DNA of 64,000 nt. Origin: Leucoraja ocellata. Its lineage: Eukaryota. Positions 24,146 through 36,597 of this stretch are shown here, piece by piece; positions within the stretch are counted from its first letter, which is position 1; every line of letters starts with the position of its first letter. The position numbers and the translations under genes were made by a program. The DNA is taken from the NCBI GenBank assembly GCA_036785375.1, contig JAWMAR010000971.1, positions 372,001-436,000 of the forward strand. The letters run 5' to 3'. The notes beneath the pieces are model-generated. The model did no database searches, was not told where the DNA came from, and saw only the letters and a list, made by a program, of their open reading frames with translations.

Positions 24146-25611
24146 TATGTTTGTTATATCTAATATAAATGTATCCACATATTCAACGCTCCATTATCTC
24201 ATACATTTATCCCTCTAAACATCTCCGTCTCCCCACCCCACAGATATTTCACTCTGCCATTGCATGCGTTCATCCATCCACTCCCCCAGCACCGATTGTA
24301 AAGCCAGGTAGGGATTAAACTCTGGAATCAACAGGCTAAACCAACCCTCCTCCACAAGTCTCCCGTCTCTCTCCCCCTTTAACACTTCCCTTAAAACGTT
24401 TCCCCCAAAATTTAATCATATCTTCTGTTTCATTTTAATTTACAGTGATCGACAACAAATGGGGGCACTCTCCAGCATAAAAGGCACTCTGTGAATCCAA
24501 ATTGTGGTTGGAATGGTATTAAGGAGGTCACGGTGTCACGGCCACAGCTATACCAGGGTACGCAGTGAGATGGTGTGTTGTACAGGAGATGGGTTGGGAA
24601 CGTCACCATGAAGGTAATTGAGAGGTACAGTCACACAGATTGCTTCTGCATCTCCCTGCAAGGATTACAACGGAACAGCTTCTGGGGATTTATTGTGTGT
24701 TAAACTGTGGGAGTGGAAAGGCCACGACTCGTTTAGCGGGGGTGGGGGGGAAATCTAGTGAAATGAAATAAGTTACTCATAAAAAGTAGAGTTCCTAATG
24801 TTATTGTTAATTTTATATTCTTCTCCGCTCTCAAGGGCCATTTCCCAGCTGTCCATGTGGGTTAAATCACAAACAATGCTCCACGCATCTGTTCACCTTT
24901 GTGTTAGATTTTGTATGACTTTAAGATAAACATTGATTCCTGCCAGTTGAATTGCTGGACCAAGTCCATTGTTTCTATAGCAATGCTGACCGGCAGCCCA
25001 ATCAGTCCCTGCCTGGCCTGGATAGATTTTATTTGTTGGTGTCAACACCTCTGCTGAGAAATTAATTCAGTTAAAACTTACTTGATGGCTTGGACTGTGC
25101 GCTTGAAAGGTTAACCCAAGGAGGTTAATTGACCGTGGAACAGACAAATTCAATTACTCTGATTGGGAAACCATTAAAACAAGCTGCTCTCGGTCCCAGC
25201 ACAACATTAATAGGACGCGAGAGCCATCTGCAAATACATGACTGTGAGTTAAAAGATTCCTATTGATAAATAATAACACTGATGGCTTACATTTATAGTT
25301 TTGTCTGAAGATCTGCTTTCTCGGGGATTGAAAATTGACATCATCCAGATAAGAGATTGCACTAGGAAAATCTGCTTGGGACTGTTTCATCCCAAAGACC
25401 TGCCTAAAGTGCAAGCTCTACATGGAATCCACTCAAGGATGAGATTCTGGATTAATTCTACCTTGTTGTGTTCTTTTCCCTACAATGTTTTTTCTTCTGC
25501 TTATTGCTCACATCGTAGTTTTAGCTTGAATGCTTTATTTTTGAGTACAGAGAGGGTGCTGAGTACACTCTCTGCACGTGACCCTGCATTTATTTAAGAA
25601 CTTTAAGCTTT

Positions 25612-26045
25612 TCAAGCTGGAAAGGATACAGAGAAGCTTTACGAGGATGTTGCAAGGACTAGAGGATCTGAGCTATAGGCAGAGGTTGAGTATGCTGGGG
25701 CTCTATTCCTTGGAGAGCAGGAGGATGAGGGGTGGTCTTATAGAGGTGTATAAGATTGTGAGAGGAATAGATTGGGGAGATGCACAGAGTCTCTTGCCCA
25801 GAGGAAGTGAATCGCGAACCAGAGGACATAGGTTTAAGGTGAAGGAGAAAAGATTTAATAGGAATCTGAGGGATAACGAAGGGTGGTTCACGTATGGAAA
25901 AAGCTGCCAGAGGAGGTAGTTGAGGCAGGGACTATCCCAACATTTAGGAAACTTTTAGACAGGTACATGGATAGGACAGGTTTAGAGGGATATAGACCAA
26001 ATGCTGGCAGGCCTGTTTCCACACTGTATCACTCTATGACTATAA
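25612..26045 (+). mobile_element. CR1 LINE ORF2 C-terminus and 3' UTR
   Basis: ORF 25578-25919 LERIQRSFTRMLQGLEDLSYRQRLSMLGLYSLESRRMRGGLIEVYKI...RTRGH is typical CR1 ORF2. Confidence 0.9.
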
Positions 26046-26117
26046 CTGCCAATGCAGCAGCAAGCCCAGTGTTGCACATCACTCACTGAGTTTCCATGTG
26101 AAATATGAAGAAGTCTT

Positions 26118-26570
26118 TGGACAGAGTGCGGAAGAGGTTTACCAGAATGCTGCCTGGAGAAGTGGGTATTGGCTGTAAGGAGAGGCTGGACAAATTGGAG
26201 CATAGGAGGCTGAGGGAAGACTTGATAGAAATATATACAAAATATGAAAGGAACAGATCGGGTAGATGGTCAGAATCTTTCTTCCCAGGCTTGGAATATC
26301 AAAAGATCAGAGGGCATAGTAGCTTAAAAGTGAGAGGCACAAAGTTTAAAGTAGAAGCAAGGGGCAAGTTGTTGACACAGTGTGGTGGGTGTCTGGAACT
26401 CGCTGCCAGAAGTGATGGTGGAGGAAGATACAATAATGGCATTTAAAATGTTTTTTAATAGCACTTGGATATGGAGGGATATGGATCTCGTGCAGGCAGA
26501 GCTGATTAATTTAACCTGGCATCATGTTCAGCATGCGGGCCGAAGGGCCTGTTCCTGTTCTATGTTCTAA
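26118..26570 (+). mobile_element. CR1 LINE ORF2 C-terminus and 3' UTR, degraded
   Basis: LDRVRKRFTRMLPG...RRLREDLIEIY; VGVWNSLPEVMVE. Confidence 0.85.
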
Positions 26571-27479
26571 GGATCGGAAAGGAAAAACAGGGACTTGGTG
26601 GTGCTGACGGCAAGTCCACAATTTCCCCTCCACCTCCACCCCACCCTGTCCATCAGCCTCGTGTGCCAGTGTCAGACACTGTTGGATTAACTCTCCATAA
26701 ATGACACAAGCACAGAGCAGCTTCAAATCCTCCAATCGCACACTGCTTTCATAAAACCATCCCATCAGCTGCAAGAGCTATTTTGCTGACGAATGGAGTG
26801 GTTACTGGGGAACACTACCCTGATCCAATGCTTTATGGAAGGTCACCCTGTTCACATCGTTCTCCATGGACAGCACTGTCATTACTGATGGAATCGGGTC
26901 CACCAAAGTCAATGAGAATTGAAGTTGTACAATTGGGGTCTGATTCAGACATAAAACCCACTGATCAGATCACACTTGTGTTAATCCCACATCTGGCTCT
27001 TTTACACGCACATGCACGTACGCAATAAGAGATAACATTTTGAATGTTACAATGCAGAACCAGGTTGATTCATCAAACCTACTTTGGCACTTTCCACCAT
27101 GACTTTACTGGTCTAATCGCACTCTCTTGCTCACTGCCGTGCTATTTGAGATTCCTTGTTTTCAAGCAACCATCTAATGGCCTTTGCAAAGAATTTATGG
27201 AATATATTTCCACGTGGTTTGCTGTGGAGAGTCCCACAGTCTGAGCACCCTCCCGGGTAATGAATTCTTTGCTAAATTTATGACCCCTTATGACTGCATT
27301 GCTGACCAATGAAAACAATTTATCACTCCTTGCCTCATCAAAATAGCTGCCAAGTCTTACACCAGTCTCCGGTCCTTGTGGGGGGGAGGGGAGAGGAGTG
27401 AACGTGGAGGAAGAGGACTCGTTTAATCACAACGCACTGCACTAGTGCACACGTTGAACGCAGCGCAACGGTCCAGTGT

Positions 27480-27585
27480 TCACCTACGTCCCACACCTCT
27501 GCTCTCAACCTCTGTCCTACCCGCCAGAGAAAGTCTAGGGTTCCACTTCCACCCCACCAGCCTCTCGTTCAACAGATCCACAGAG
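27480..27585 (+). mobile_element. Possible Penelope-like ORF remnant
   Basis: tagggttccacttccaccccaccagcctc resembles the recalled RVPLVLTFHPTSL segment of vertebrate Penelope ORFs. Confidence 0.3.
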
Positions 27586-27884
27586 GGGACCAATGGTTGA
27601 TCAAAGAGACACGTTTTGCAGAGTGCCATAAATGAGGAAACAGCGATGGAGAAGCACAGGTTAATGGAAAGAATCATTGGCAGCCGCAGGCAAAAGCACC
27701 AATCCGGAAACAATTACATTCAGGAATGATGCAGAGGCCAGGGATCCTGGTGTGTTGTGGGACGAGAGGAGGTGCCAGTGATAGGGATGAACTATCCCCC
27801 ATCATGAATCAGATTTCAGATTCAAGTCACTGCTCAATAGGCAGCCAATCAATGCCAGCAAGTGGAGGGTCGATAGACAAACTG

Positions 27885-28215
27885 GTTGTCATGGAGTCAT
27901 ACAGCACGGAAACAGGCGCATCAGCCCAACCTGTCCACACTGACTAAGATGCAACATTCAAGCAAGTTCCATTTACCTGCGCCCAGCCCATGTCCCTCTA
28001 AACCTTTCTTATCTACGTACCTGTTCAAATGTCTTTTAAATGTTATTATTTTACTTGCCTCTGGCAGCTCGTTCCACATACCCACAACTCTGAGTGAAAA
28101 TGTTGCCCTTCAGGTCCCTCTCACCTTAAGCCTAAGCCCTTGAGTTCTTGATTGCCCTCCCTGGAGAAAAGACTGAGCATTCACCCTGTCAAATGCTCTC
28201 ATGACTTTATACATG
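27885..28215 (-). mobile_element. CR1 LINE 3' fragment
   Basis: gtcatggagtcatacagcacggaaacagg...ctctggcagctcgttccacatacccac. Confidence 0.8.
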
Positions 28216-29707
28216 CGTGAGCATTTGGACCCTATTTGGATAACATTGTGCATGGAGAGAAGAACAAGGAAGGCCAGCCATATTGCTGGGATCCAATTTT
28301 CAGGTAAGTTTCAAGGGCTTTGAGCCTTAGCCAGGTGCTGAATTGGGCAATGTTATGAAGTGAAAAGAGACGTTCTTGATGATGGTGCGGAGTCACGATC
28401 TGAGCCTGATTTCTGGAACAAATATATAACAAGGTTTAACGATGCAGATCCAGAGAAGTGCAAGGTATGGGATGGAATCACAATTACAGGCACACTCAGA
28501 GGTGCCTGTACCATGAAGACAGTCAGTATAACGAGTAATAGCTTTAATGGGAAATAGGCGATCGGAGATATACACAAAAACATGATTTAATAAAGCAGTA
28601 TTACCTGCCAATCTAAACAAATGATGCCAGAGTTTTAACAAGGGGCAGAGACCGAACAAAGGTGGGGATGGGTCAGGGAAGGGAATAGATGGTAATTCAA
28701 GGAAGTGAGAGATAGATTCAAGGAAGTATAGCGATGGTGCTGTGATTGAGCAGATTTGAAAAGTAAGATAGCAAGCCCAAGGAAACGATTGTGAACACAG
28801 GGTGGAGAGTTCATGTGGAGGGAGGTGGACAATAAGATCAGCGGACATGACAGGGCAGCAAGCAGAATGATTGAGCCCGCAGTTCTGATCACAATAATCC
28901 AACATCTCCTTTACATCTATACTTCCCATACATGTTAACTTTAAGGCTTGCGTTTTAGCTAATTTTCTCCTTGCATCTAAGTTCCTAATTCTACATTAGA
29001 TTGTCTTGATTTTTCTTTTCAATTATTATCCTTATTATACAAATATTTACATTATAGATTCAAATTATATTTGAACCCTTTTAAATCCAGGACACTGCAG
29101 TCTGAAATTCATTCCTTATTTGCCCTCCCCTACAATACATTTGACCTCTGCATTTTTACCTCCTTTTAAAAGTTTGATCTTAGTTTTCCTTCCTCTTGCC
29201 TGCCAAGTGTAGTGACTGAATCCCTTCTATTACAGATCATTGCATTAAATTACTTTTCTCTGCAAAGTTTTAACTCTTTGTTGGGATGTGGTTCCACAGG
29301 CATCAGATGAACTTCCATTCCTTATTTACGTTTACTAAGATCACAAGATTTACTTGGATGTTTTGCCTCCATGTAGAGTGCCCATGTGCCAGGGATTCTC
29401 AGGAGGCAGCGGGGAAGATGCATTTTTTCCATGGGACTCATATTATTGAATCTGTTTCTCCTGTAGCCCTGATAATGTCTTCTCATGACAGGGCTTGCAA
29501 TAGTTGCTTCAGGAGTCCTATAGTCACAGTGTCATACAGCATGGAAACAGGCCCTTCTGCCCAACATGCCCATGCCCATGACATCGATTGGCATCATGTG
29601 CTCAATACAGCTGAGAGGGTGCCGCTATGAAATCAGACTGGAAGTAAGACATCCTCGATCCCGAGCGGTTGCCTGAGGAGAAGGTTGCAGCAGTCTGTCC
29701 AGTACAT

Positions 29708-29986
29708 TCTTAGAATAAAGGGGAAGCCATTTAAGACTGAGGTGAGAAAAAACTTTTTCACCCAGAGAGTTGTGAATTTGTGGAATTCCCTGCCACAGAG
29801 GGCAGTGGAGGCCAAGTCACTGGATGGATTTAAGAGAGAGTTAGAGCTAGTGGAATCAAGAGATATGGGGAGAAAGAAGGCGCGGGTTATTGATTGGGGA
29901 CGATCAGCCATGATCACAATGAATGGCGGTGCTGGCTCAAAGGGCCGAATGGCCTCCTCCTGCACCTATTTTTTATGTTTCTATGT
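29708..29986 (+). mobile_element. Young CR1/HER1 LINE 3' fragment
   Basis: LRIKGKPFKTEVRKNFFTQRVVNLWNSLPQRAVEA; tail ttttatgtttctatgt. Confidence 0.9.
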
Positions 29987-29989
29987 CTA

Positions 29990-30135
29990 CAGGGACCCCT
30001 GTAGTCAATCTGATGCCGTCAACTGACCCTGACTGGTATTAACCTACATGAGCACGGCTTGTAGACTGAAACTCAAAACCTCCTGGTCTGTGTGATTCAG
30101 GCACTCGTCGACTCAAACCACAGAATTGCCAATGG
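29990..30135 (-). mobile_element. LF-SINE-like ancient SINE remnant
   Basis: Reverse reads ctgaatcacacagaccaggagg...gccgtgctcatgtaggttaataccagtcaggg, similar to the recalled LF-SINE 5' part; degenerate. Confidence 0.3.
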
Positions 30136-31759
30136 AATATTATAACCAAACCATAACAACAGCCCAGAAGAGACATCTCACAATGTGACCCTGTGGAAAC
30201 ATAAAGGACTCGTCAGGAATTATGTTGCCTCATGCAGCACTGGAGTCAGACACGTTCTAAAGGGTTAATTCTAAATCCCTTGAGTTTACATTACTGTTGA
30301 GGTTTGCCATTAAAATGTGAACTGTTCATTCATTTATTCCGCAATGCTGTTTAATGAGAGCTAATTAACTTATACAAACATATGAATATTACTCACACGT
30401 ACACCAACTCTCTCAAAGGACACTTGAATCCCATCATGTTTATAGCAAGCCTTTTTTTTGTAATTATTTATTTGGAATTCCTTATTAATATGCAGAGACA
30501 TTGTAAAGGAGCTGACTTGGTGAGTACTCGGAAGTAACAATCTGGTGGCAAGTGCAAATTCCGTCTTTATTTGATGAACGCACCAATTAAGAACATGTTC
30601 AGACTAACGGCAGTGAAGAGCAGGTCTGCAGAGCACAAGCTGTGACTGTTTGTACTAAGACTGGGAGAAATGAAGCCAACGACCCCCTGGGAAAACCTGC
30701 CAGTTCCGAAGTCTCTTCCTTCCAGCTCAGTGCCACCCTGATGAATCTGCTGCCTGCCTACTACCCTCCCAGAGAGGGCATGAGCCGAGCCCGAACAAAC
30801 ACCGTTTATTATCAATCGTACACAGTGCAGTTACAGGGGTGGCCTCTCCCTTCCTGGGTGGGGAGATGGTGCAACAAGAGGCATCACTTGGTGACTTGTT
30901 AGCTCGGGAAATATAAATCTTTTTGTGCAGTTCGACAGCACAGTGATGGATCAGACCAATTAGCACCATTTTCATCACGGGCCTCTCATGGAGTGCAGAG
31001 AGACTTTGATTCCGCCACCAGTTGAAAGTTAGTTTGCTTGATTGTGAAGAGTGTGTGTTTTCAAAGGAGCGCAGCTGGAGATTTACACTGCCTCTTCAGT
31101 TCCTGGCCCCAGGGGCTCAATGCGAGAGTTTAATGCAACAAAATATGAGAGCTGCCATCAATGCAGATGACGGTTTATAATTCATGGGGATTTATAGGGT
31201 GCATTCCTGCCAATCTAGAGACGCTTTTAGTGACAATTGATTGCAGTATGATTAGCTCCAGGGAACAGATTCCATGCCAAGATTATTTTTGCAACAGCCT
31301 GGAAGAAATCAATAGTTTAATATTAATTGACAGCCAGGCAAAGTCCTCACATGTGAAATATTGCCAGATTTGAAAAACCCCAATAATATTTAGGTTTACT
31401 CTATCCTTTAACTATCTTCCCCAGCAGGAGATGAAAACAAGTTTCCCGGCTCGGCTGTTAATCATTCAAGCTGCTGTGGCTTGGTGGCTCGGAGATATGA
31501 AACCTTCCCATCTTGGGCTTATAGCACTGAAAGAACACAGCATTAAGTTTTGTTCCAATTAAGTGTATTCCAGTGAGTGGCTCTGCATTTGTATCTCTAA
31601 CCTCTGCGATGCTCCAGCATCCAGGCCCCAGTAGGGTTTCAGACATCACAGGTCATTACTCTGTGCAGCAGCTTCTGATATGAATTAAATTGCCCAAGCA
31701 GCTCTAATGGCAGCATTTCTGGCGCAGCTCTGCTGCAGGGAGCCAACCACTGCTAGGAT

Positions 31760-31953
31760 AGGTGTAGGAAGGAACTGCAGATGCTGGTTTAAACCGAAGA
31801 TAGATACAATAAGGTGGAGTAACTCAGCGGGACAGGCAACATCTCTGGAGAGAAGGAATGTGTGACGTTTTGGGTCGAGACCAAGGGTCACCCATTCTTT
31901 CTCTCCAGAGATGCTGCCTGTCCCGCTGAGTTACTCCAGCTTTTTGTGTCTAT
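31760..31953. mobile_element. Penelope-like fold-back element
   Basis: ~65-bp inverted arms (31800-31866 / 31886-31953); 12-bp direct repeat cactgctaggat 31748-31759 / cactactaggat 31954-31965. Confidence 0.8.
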
Positions 31954-32044
31954 CACTACTAGGATGAGCTCCGGAGCAGAGCATGGACCCGGCGGACGGA
32001 GCTGAGAGTACTTCCACCGCAACTGGGACGATACCTTTGTCATC

Positions 32045-32355
32045 AGGTCATAATTGATAGGAGCAGAATTATGCCATTCGGCCCTTCATGTCTACTCCGC
32101 CATTCAATCATGACTGATCTCTCTCTCCCTTTTAACCCCATTCTCCTGCCTTCTCTCCGTAACCCATGACACCCGTACTAATCAAGAATCTATCTATCTC
32201 TGCCTTAAAAATATCCATTGACAGCCTCCACAGCCTTTTGTGGCAAAGAATTCCACAGATTCACCACCCTCTGAGTAAAGAAATTCCTCCTCATCTCCTT
32301 CCTAAAGGGACGTCCTTTAATTCTGAGGCTGTGACCTCTAGTTCAAGACTCTCTC
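32045..32355 (-). mobile_element. CR1 LINE 3' fragment
   Basis: ataggagcagaattatgccattcggccc...gaattccacagattcaccaccctctgag. Confidence 0.85.
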
Positions 32356-33119
32356 TACTTGTCGTGGAAAATATTGACCTGTTGCCTCAGAGTCTGCTCG
32401 CACAGTGATGTTGCCTCTGGGCCGATAATACAGAGTCCCAAACTATTAACTGAGAAATACACATTAAACCATACCGTGCCAAGTGGGAAATTTAAATTTA
32501 GTTAATTAAATGATCCGGAATATCAGTAACTGTGCCCATGAAACCACTGGATTGTCATAACAACTCACCTGGCTCTCCAATGGCCCACCCAGCCTACACA
32601 TCACTGTTTATGTGTGGCTCTGCACTGACCCGACACCCAGTTATCCTCTGGAGTGGCCACTCGGGTTAACTGTGACGAGCAATAACTGCTGACTTTGTCA
32701 ATGACACTCGCATCACAAGCCATGAAGAGAGAACGTGGACTGGTCAGCCTTTGTGCAGCCACATTTTTCCCTGCGCCATCCTCTCTCTAGTTTACAGCCG
32801 TATGTGTGACCTTCACTCCCATGTGCGAGCCCCCCTCTACTTCTGCAAGTTCAGGTCTCCCCAGACGTGGCGAGCTCCACAGCACTGAGGCAGTTCAGTG
32901 AGGAACAGTGATGTACTTGCAACCAGTGCATCAGGGTGAACAACACCAAGATGCCAGCATTTCCCCGACACAGATGCTGTTATCCTGCTCAATAATATTA
33001 CATTTTTGTTTTTCATGGGCCGATTTTATTGGCAATGCCAGCATTTGATGCTCGTCACCATCTATAACTGCTCGTCTGTGAGGTAAATGTACACCCACTG
33101 TACAATTGTAGATTTGGCA

Positions 33120-33625
33120 TCTAAAGATGCGCTGTGGATAGTATTTTATCGGGATGCATCACAACATGGTTTGGGAACGGCTCCATCCTAGACCACAGAA
33201 ATTGCTGTTGAGTCCGTAGCCCAGAACATCACACAAACCAACCTCCCTTCCATTGACTCCATCTACACTTCACGCTGCCTTGACAAGACTGCCAGCACAA
33301 CCTCGGTGTCACTCCCTCTTCTCCCCTCTCCGATCAGGCAAGAGGTACAGAAATTTGCAAATGCAAACCTCCAGATTCAGGGACAGTTTCTTCCCAGCTG
33401 TGAACAGGCAACTAAACTGTCCTCTCATCAACTAGAGTGCAGTCCTGACCTCCCGTCTACCTCATTGGAGACCTTTGAACTATCTTTAATCATGCTTTGT
33501 CAGACTTCATTGCACTGGATGGCTAGGTTGTATTCATGTGTAGTTGTTTCTTTGACAGGATAGCACTTAAACACAAATCTGTTCACTGTACCGCAGTACA
33601 TGTGACAATAATATTAAACTAAACC
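33120..33625 (+). mobile_element. Rex1/Babar LINE 3' fragment
   Basis: HSLFSPLRSGKRYRNLQMQTSRFRDSFFPAVNRQLN; 3' end catgtgacaataatattaaactaaac. Confidence 0.8.
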
Positions 33626-33993
33626 GCTGTGAGTTCCAGGATGAAACCTTTGTCAATGAAGGTTCGGTGGGAGAGTTCCTAATCAGGATAGGAAGAGGAA
33701 CCCAAGGTGGAGGTGTTCCTATAGATCAGCTGCCCACATCTTTTCGGAGTTAAACGTATTGATTTGCTAAAATAAAAGCTGTCACAGTGTAGATGAGTTT
33801 GGATGGTGCCCACACTGTGGCAATGCCGTATTGATGGAACCTTATTATGTTCAAACAGGTGGATGGGGCAGAATCAAATACCCTGCTATCTCCTGGAGGC
33901 TGTGGGGCTTTTGGAACTGTACTCATCACAATAGGTTGTAAGTATTCCATCAGGTTCCAGAATTGTGCTTTAACAGAAGTTGCAATAATTATG

Positions 33994-34358
33994 AACACAA
34001 AACGTTGGAGTAACTCAGCGGAACGGGTAGCAGGTCTGGAGAGAGGGAATGGGTGACGTTTCGGGTCGAGACCCTTCATCAGAATAAACAAGGGTCTCCA
34101 CCCAAAACGTCGCCCATTAGCTAGACGCAAAATGCCGGAGTAACTCAGCGGGACAGGCAGCATCTCTGGCTAGAAGGAATGGGTGACGTTTCGAGTCGAG
34201 AGCCTTCCGTCATCGTCACCCAGTAGTCTGAAGAAGGGTCGAGACCCAAAACGTCACCCATTCCCTCTCTCCCGAGATGTTGCCTGTCCCGCTGAGTTAC
34301 TCCAGAATTTTGTGCCTATCTTCCGTGTATAGCCAGCATCTGCAGTTCCTTCTTGCAC
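33994..34358. mobile_element. Penelope-like multi-module element (four alternating modules)
   Basis: Modules -(33994-34082), +(34090-34118), -(34121-34207), +(34226-34357); 13-bp direct repeat gttgcaataatta at 33979-33991 and 34359-34371. Confidence 0.8.
34055..34082 (-). ncRNA. Minimal hammerhead ribozyme core
   Basis: CTGATGA-A-GGGTC-TC-GACCC-GAAA-CG-TC: conserved core, 5-bp stem II, palindromic ACGT stem III, GUC cleavage triplet; stem I not evident in cis. Confidence 0.6.
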
Positions 34359-35089
34359 GTTGCAATAATTACGTTGCTCTCAGAAGAAAAAACTGGTGAT
34401 TTGATAAGTGCCAGACATAGTACAAACTACAGCTGTGTTGCACACAGGGTTGTGGGGACAAACACTGCGTCCTGTGAGAAACATAACCATCAAGCTCACC
34501 GCTCTTTCCTTGGTGGTAGCGAGGCTCCAGAGGAAAGAACATGAAAACAGAATGCTGGAAATAATCAGATCAAGTGGCCTCCGTGAATGTTTCATGAGGA
34601 TGCTGCCTGACCTCTTGTACATCCAAATACATGTTTTTATTTCAAATTCCCAGAAGGAGCAATATATTTAACAAGGTGCAATTCAAAATTACTGGTTGTG
34701 ATTATCTGGTCAGTATTGCATTGTTAAATACGGGTCCTTGATGTGTAGCAATTGGTGGCTTTGTATCCATTATTACGTCAGTGAGTACACTGCTTAAAGT
34801 ATTTCATTGGCTTTAACTCTTTCTTTTAGGTGCATTGTTCCCATTATAATCATCACTGCCGAGCTGGAATCGATAGCTGAACAATTTGGGGAGTTGTTCA
34901 TAATTTGGGACTCTGCCCAGGCAACAAGTGATGGGGAATGCAAGTGCACGATGACGCCACGTGTAGCAGGCTGGACTGTGTCGGCGTGAACATCCAGAAC
35001 AAGGGAAATCGCGTGTGAGATCACTGATTCATTCACATAACACCGAATGCAGTTAAGGCAGTGACAACATAAAGTAGATCTCCTCATTT

Positions 35090-35362
35090 GGGTGGTGTTT
35101 GCTGCCTCACAGCGCCAGAGACCCGGGTTCGAGCCAGACCTTGGTGCTGTCTGTGTGGAGTTTGCACGTTCTCCTTGTGACCGTATAGGGTTTTCTCCAG
35201 ATGCTCCAGTCCCACATCCCAAAGATATGTAGGTTTGTTGGTTAACTGATGTCTGTAAATTACCCCCTAGTGTGTAAGACATGGAACTGGTGTACTGGTG
35301 CTTGACTGGTCCACGCAGACTCACTGGGCCGAATGGCCTGTTTCCACGCTGTATCTTTACAA
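35090..35362 (+). mobile_element. HE1-like SINE
   Basis: tgctgcctcacagcgccagagacccgggttcgagcc...gggccgaatggcctgtttccacgctgtatct. Confidence 0.85.
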
Positions 35363-35984
35363 GTTCGAAAGGGATCCAGGAGAGAGAGAATGGAAGTTTA
35401 CTCTGGTATACAATGACAGACTCTGAGCACTAATTGTGGAGTGAGAGATGGGTGCAGGGCGCGTGATGGGAGTGGGTGGGAGATAGGAACAGGGGGGGTG
35501 ATGGGGGTGGGTGGGAGATGGGTAACTGAGGAGTGATGGTGTTGGATGACAATGGGGGCAGGGTGTGCGATAGGAGTGGGGTGAACGGCTGTAAGCAACG
35601 CTGATTTATTTTATTGGCAAGTCATTTACAGCTAAAAGAAAATTACCTGGAGAAAAAAACATACTAATTTCTGATAATTTAAAATTCAGCACATGCAGAC
35701 CTCCATAAATAGAATATTTCCTAATGACAGGGTTGAATGAGAAATGGTGCAGACGGGATTAATGAACTACACAGCATTTTGGTACCACTCCCCTGACAGA
35801 TGTATTGCTTTTAAAATGTCACACCAACAGGGAGAGGGAAACAAATTCATTTTAAATCTTTATAAAAATACTCCCTCACGTGGACGTTGCCCCACTGAGA
35901 CAGGAATAGATTTCACAGTAATCTATACTTTGCAATTCTGTGCAGCACAGATTACCCGATGAAAATCAATGTTGTTGCAAAGAT

Positions 35985-36152
35985 AGTGTACAGGCCACAT
36001 ATACAGCTCAGATACACACCCCAACATGCACAGTACACAGCCCATTTGTAAGGCTCCCATATACAGCCCTCAGTACACAGTCCACATGTACGGCTCCCAA
36101 ACACGGCCATTCCACAGTACGCAGCCTGCAGTACACATTCCACATGTACGCT
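35985..36152. repeat. Degenerate minisatellite
   Basis: recurring cagtacacag / tgtacggctccca / ccacatgtac units. Confidence 0.5.
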
Positions 36153-36154
36153 CT

Positions 36155-36298
36155 TGATTAGCACAGGTGTCAGAGGTTATGGGGTGATGGCAGGAGAATT
36201 GGGTTAGGAGGAGAGATAGATCAGCCACGATTGAATGGCGGAGTAGACTTGATGGGCCGAATGGCCTAATTCTACTCCTATTCCATATGACATTATGA
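36155..36298 (+). mobile_element. CR1 LINE 3' end
   Basis: ttgattagcacaggtgtcagaggttatgggg...gggccgaatggcctaattctactcctat. Confidence 0.8.
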
Positions 36299-36427
36299 CC
36301 TTACTCAGCCCGCAATGAACCATTTGAAGCCTGAGGTCTGCGCATAACTCAAAAACAAAGGTTTCTTTGCACACAGAATGGTTTCTACAACTGAGACACA
36401 AGTATTTGATCAGGATGGAGGAAAGCC

Positions 36428-36597
36428 GGGGGTGGGAGATTGCAACCTTCACGTGGTCCGCCCTGTTTCGACGAATGCAATCAACCTGGTGTGCACAATC
36501 AAATAAGATCAAATAGAACAAGTTGTCCTGCAACTTTAGGCTCTGCACGCCATACGCAAGAAGAAGAAGAAGAAGAAGAAGAAGAAGAAGAAGAAGA
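36428..36597 (+). mobile_element. Short non-autonomous non-LTR retroelement (Ingi/Vingi-like) with 5' ribozyme and (AAG)13 tail
   Basis: TSD ggaaagcc 36420-36427 / ggaaggcc 36598-36605 (1 mismatch); starts GGGGG; ends cacgccatacgc(AAG)13; family assignment is inference. Confidence 0.75.
36429..36482 (+). ncRNA. Minimal HDV-like self-cleaving ribozyme
   Basis: P1 GGGGTGG 36429-35 / CCGCCCT 36458-64 (G1.U wobble); P2 GATTGCA 36438-44 / TGCAATC 36476-82; P3 ACC/GGT; L3 TTCACGT; G36465 for P1.1; J4/2 CGAA with catalytic-position C36472. Confidence 0.85.

Noticed and set aside
28215-28310. Donor ttcag|gtaagt with an open frame upstream
   Set aside because: No convincing acceptor; abuts a CR1 fragment; peptide unrecognised.
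30961-30983. tagcaccattt resembling the miR-29 5' end
   Set aside because: Only 11 nt match, the rest diverges, and no pre-miRNA hairpin pairs the segment.
34829-34989. Strong acceptor ctctttcttttag
   Set aside because: All frames close within ~160 nt with no recognisable peptide or good donor.
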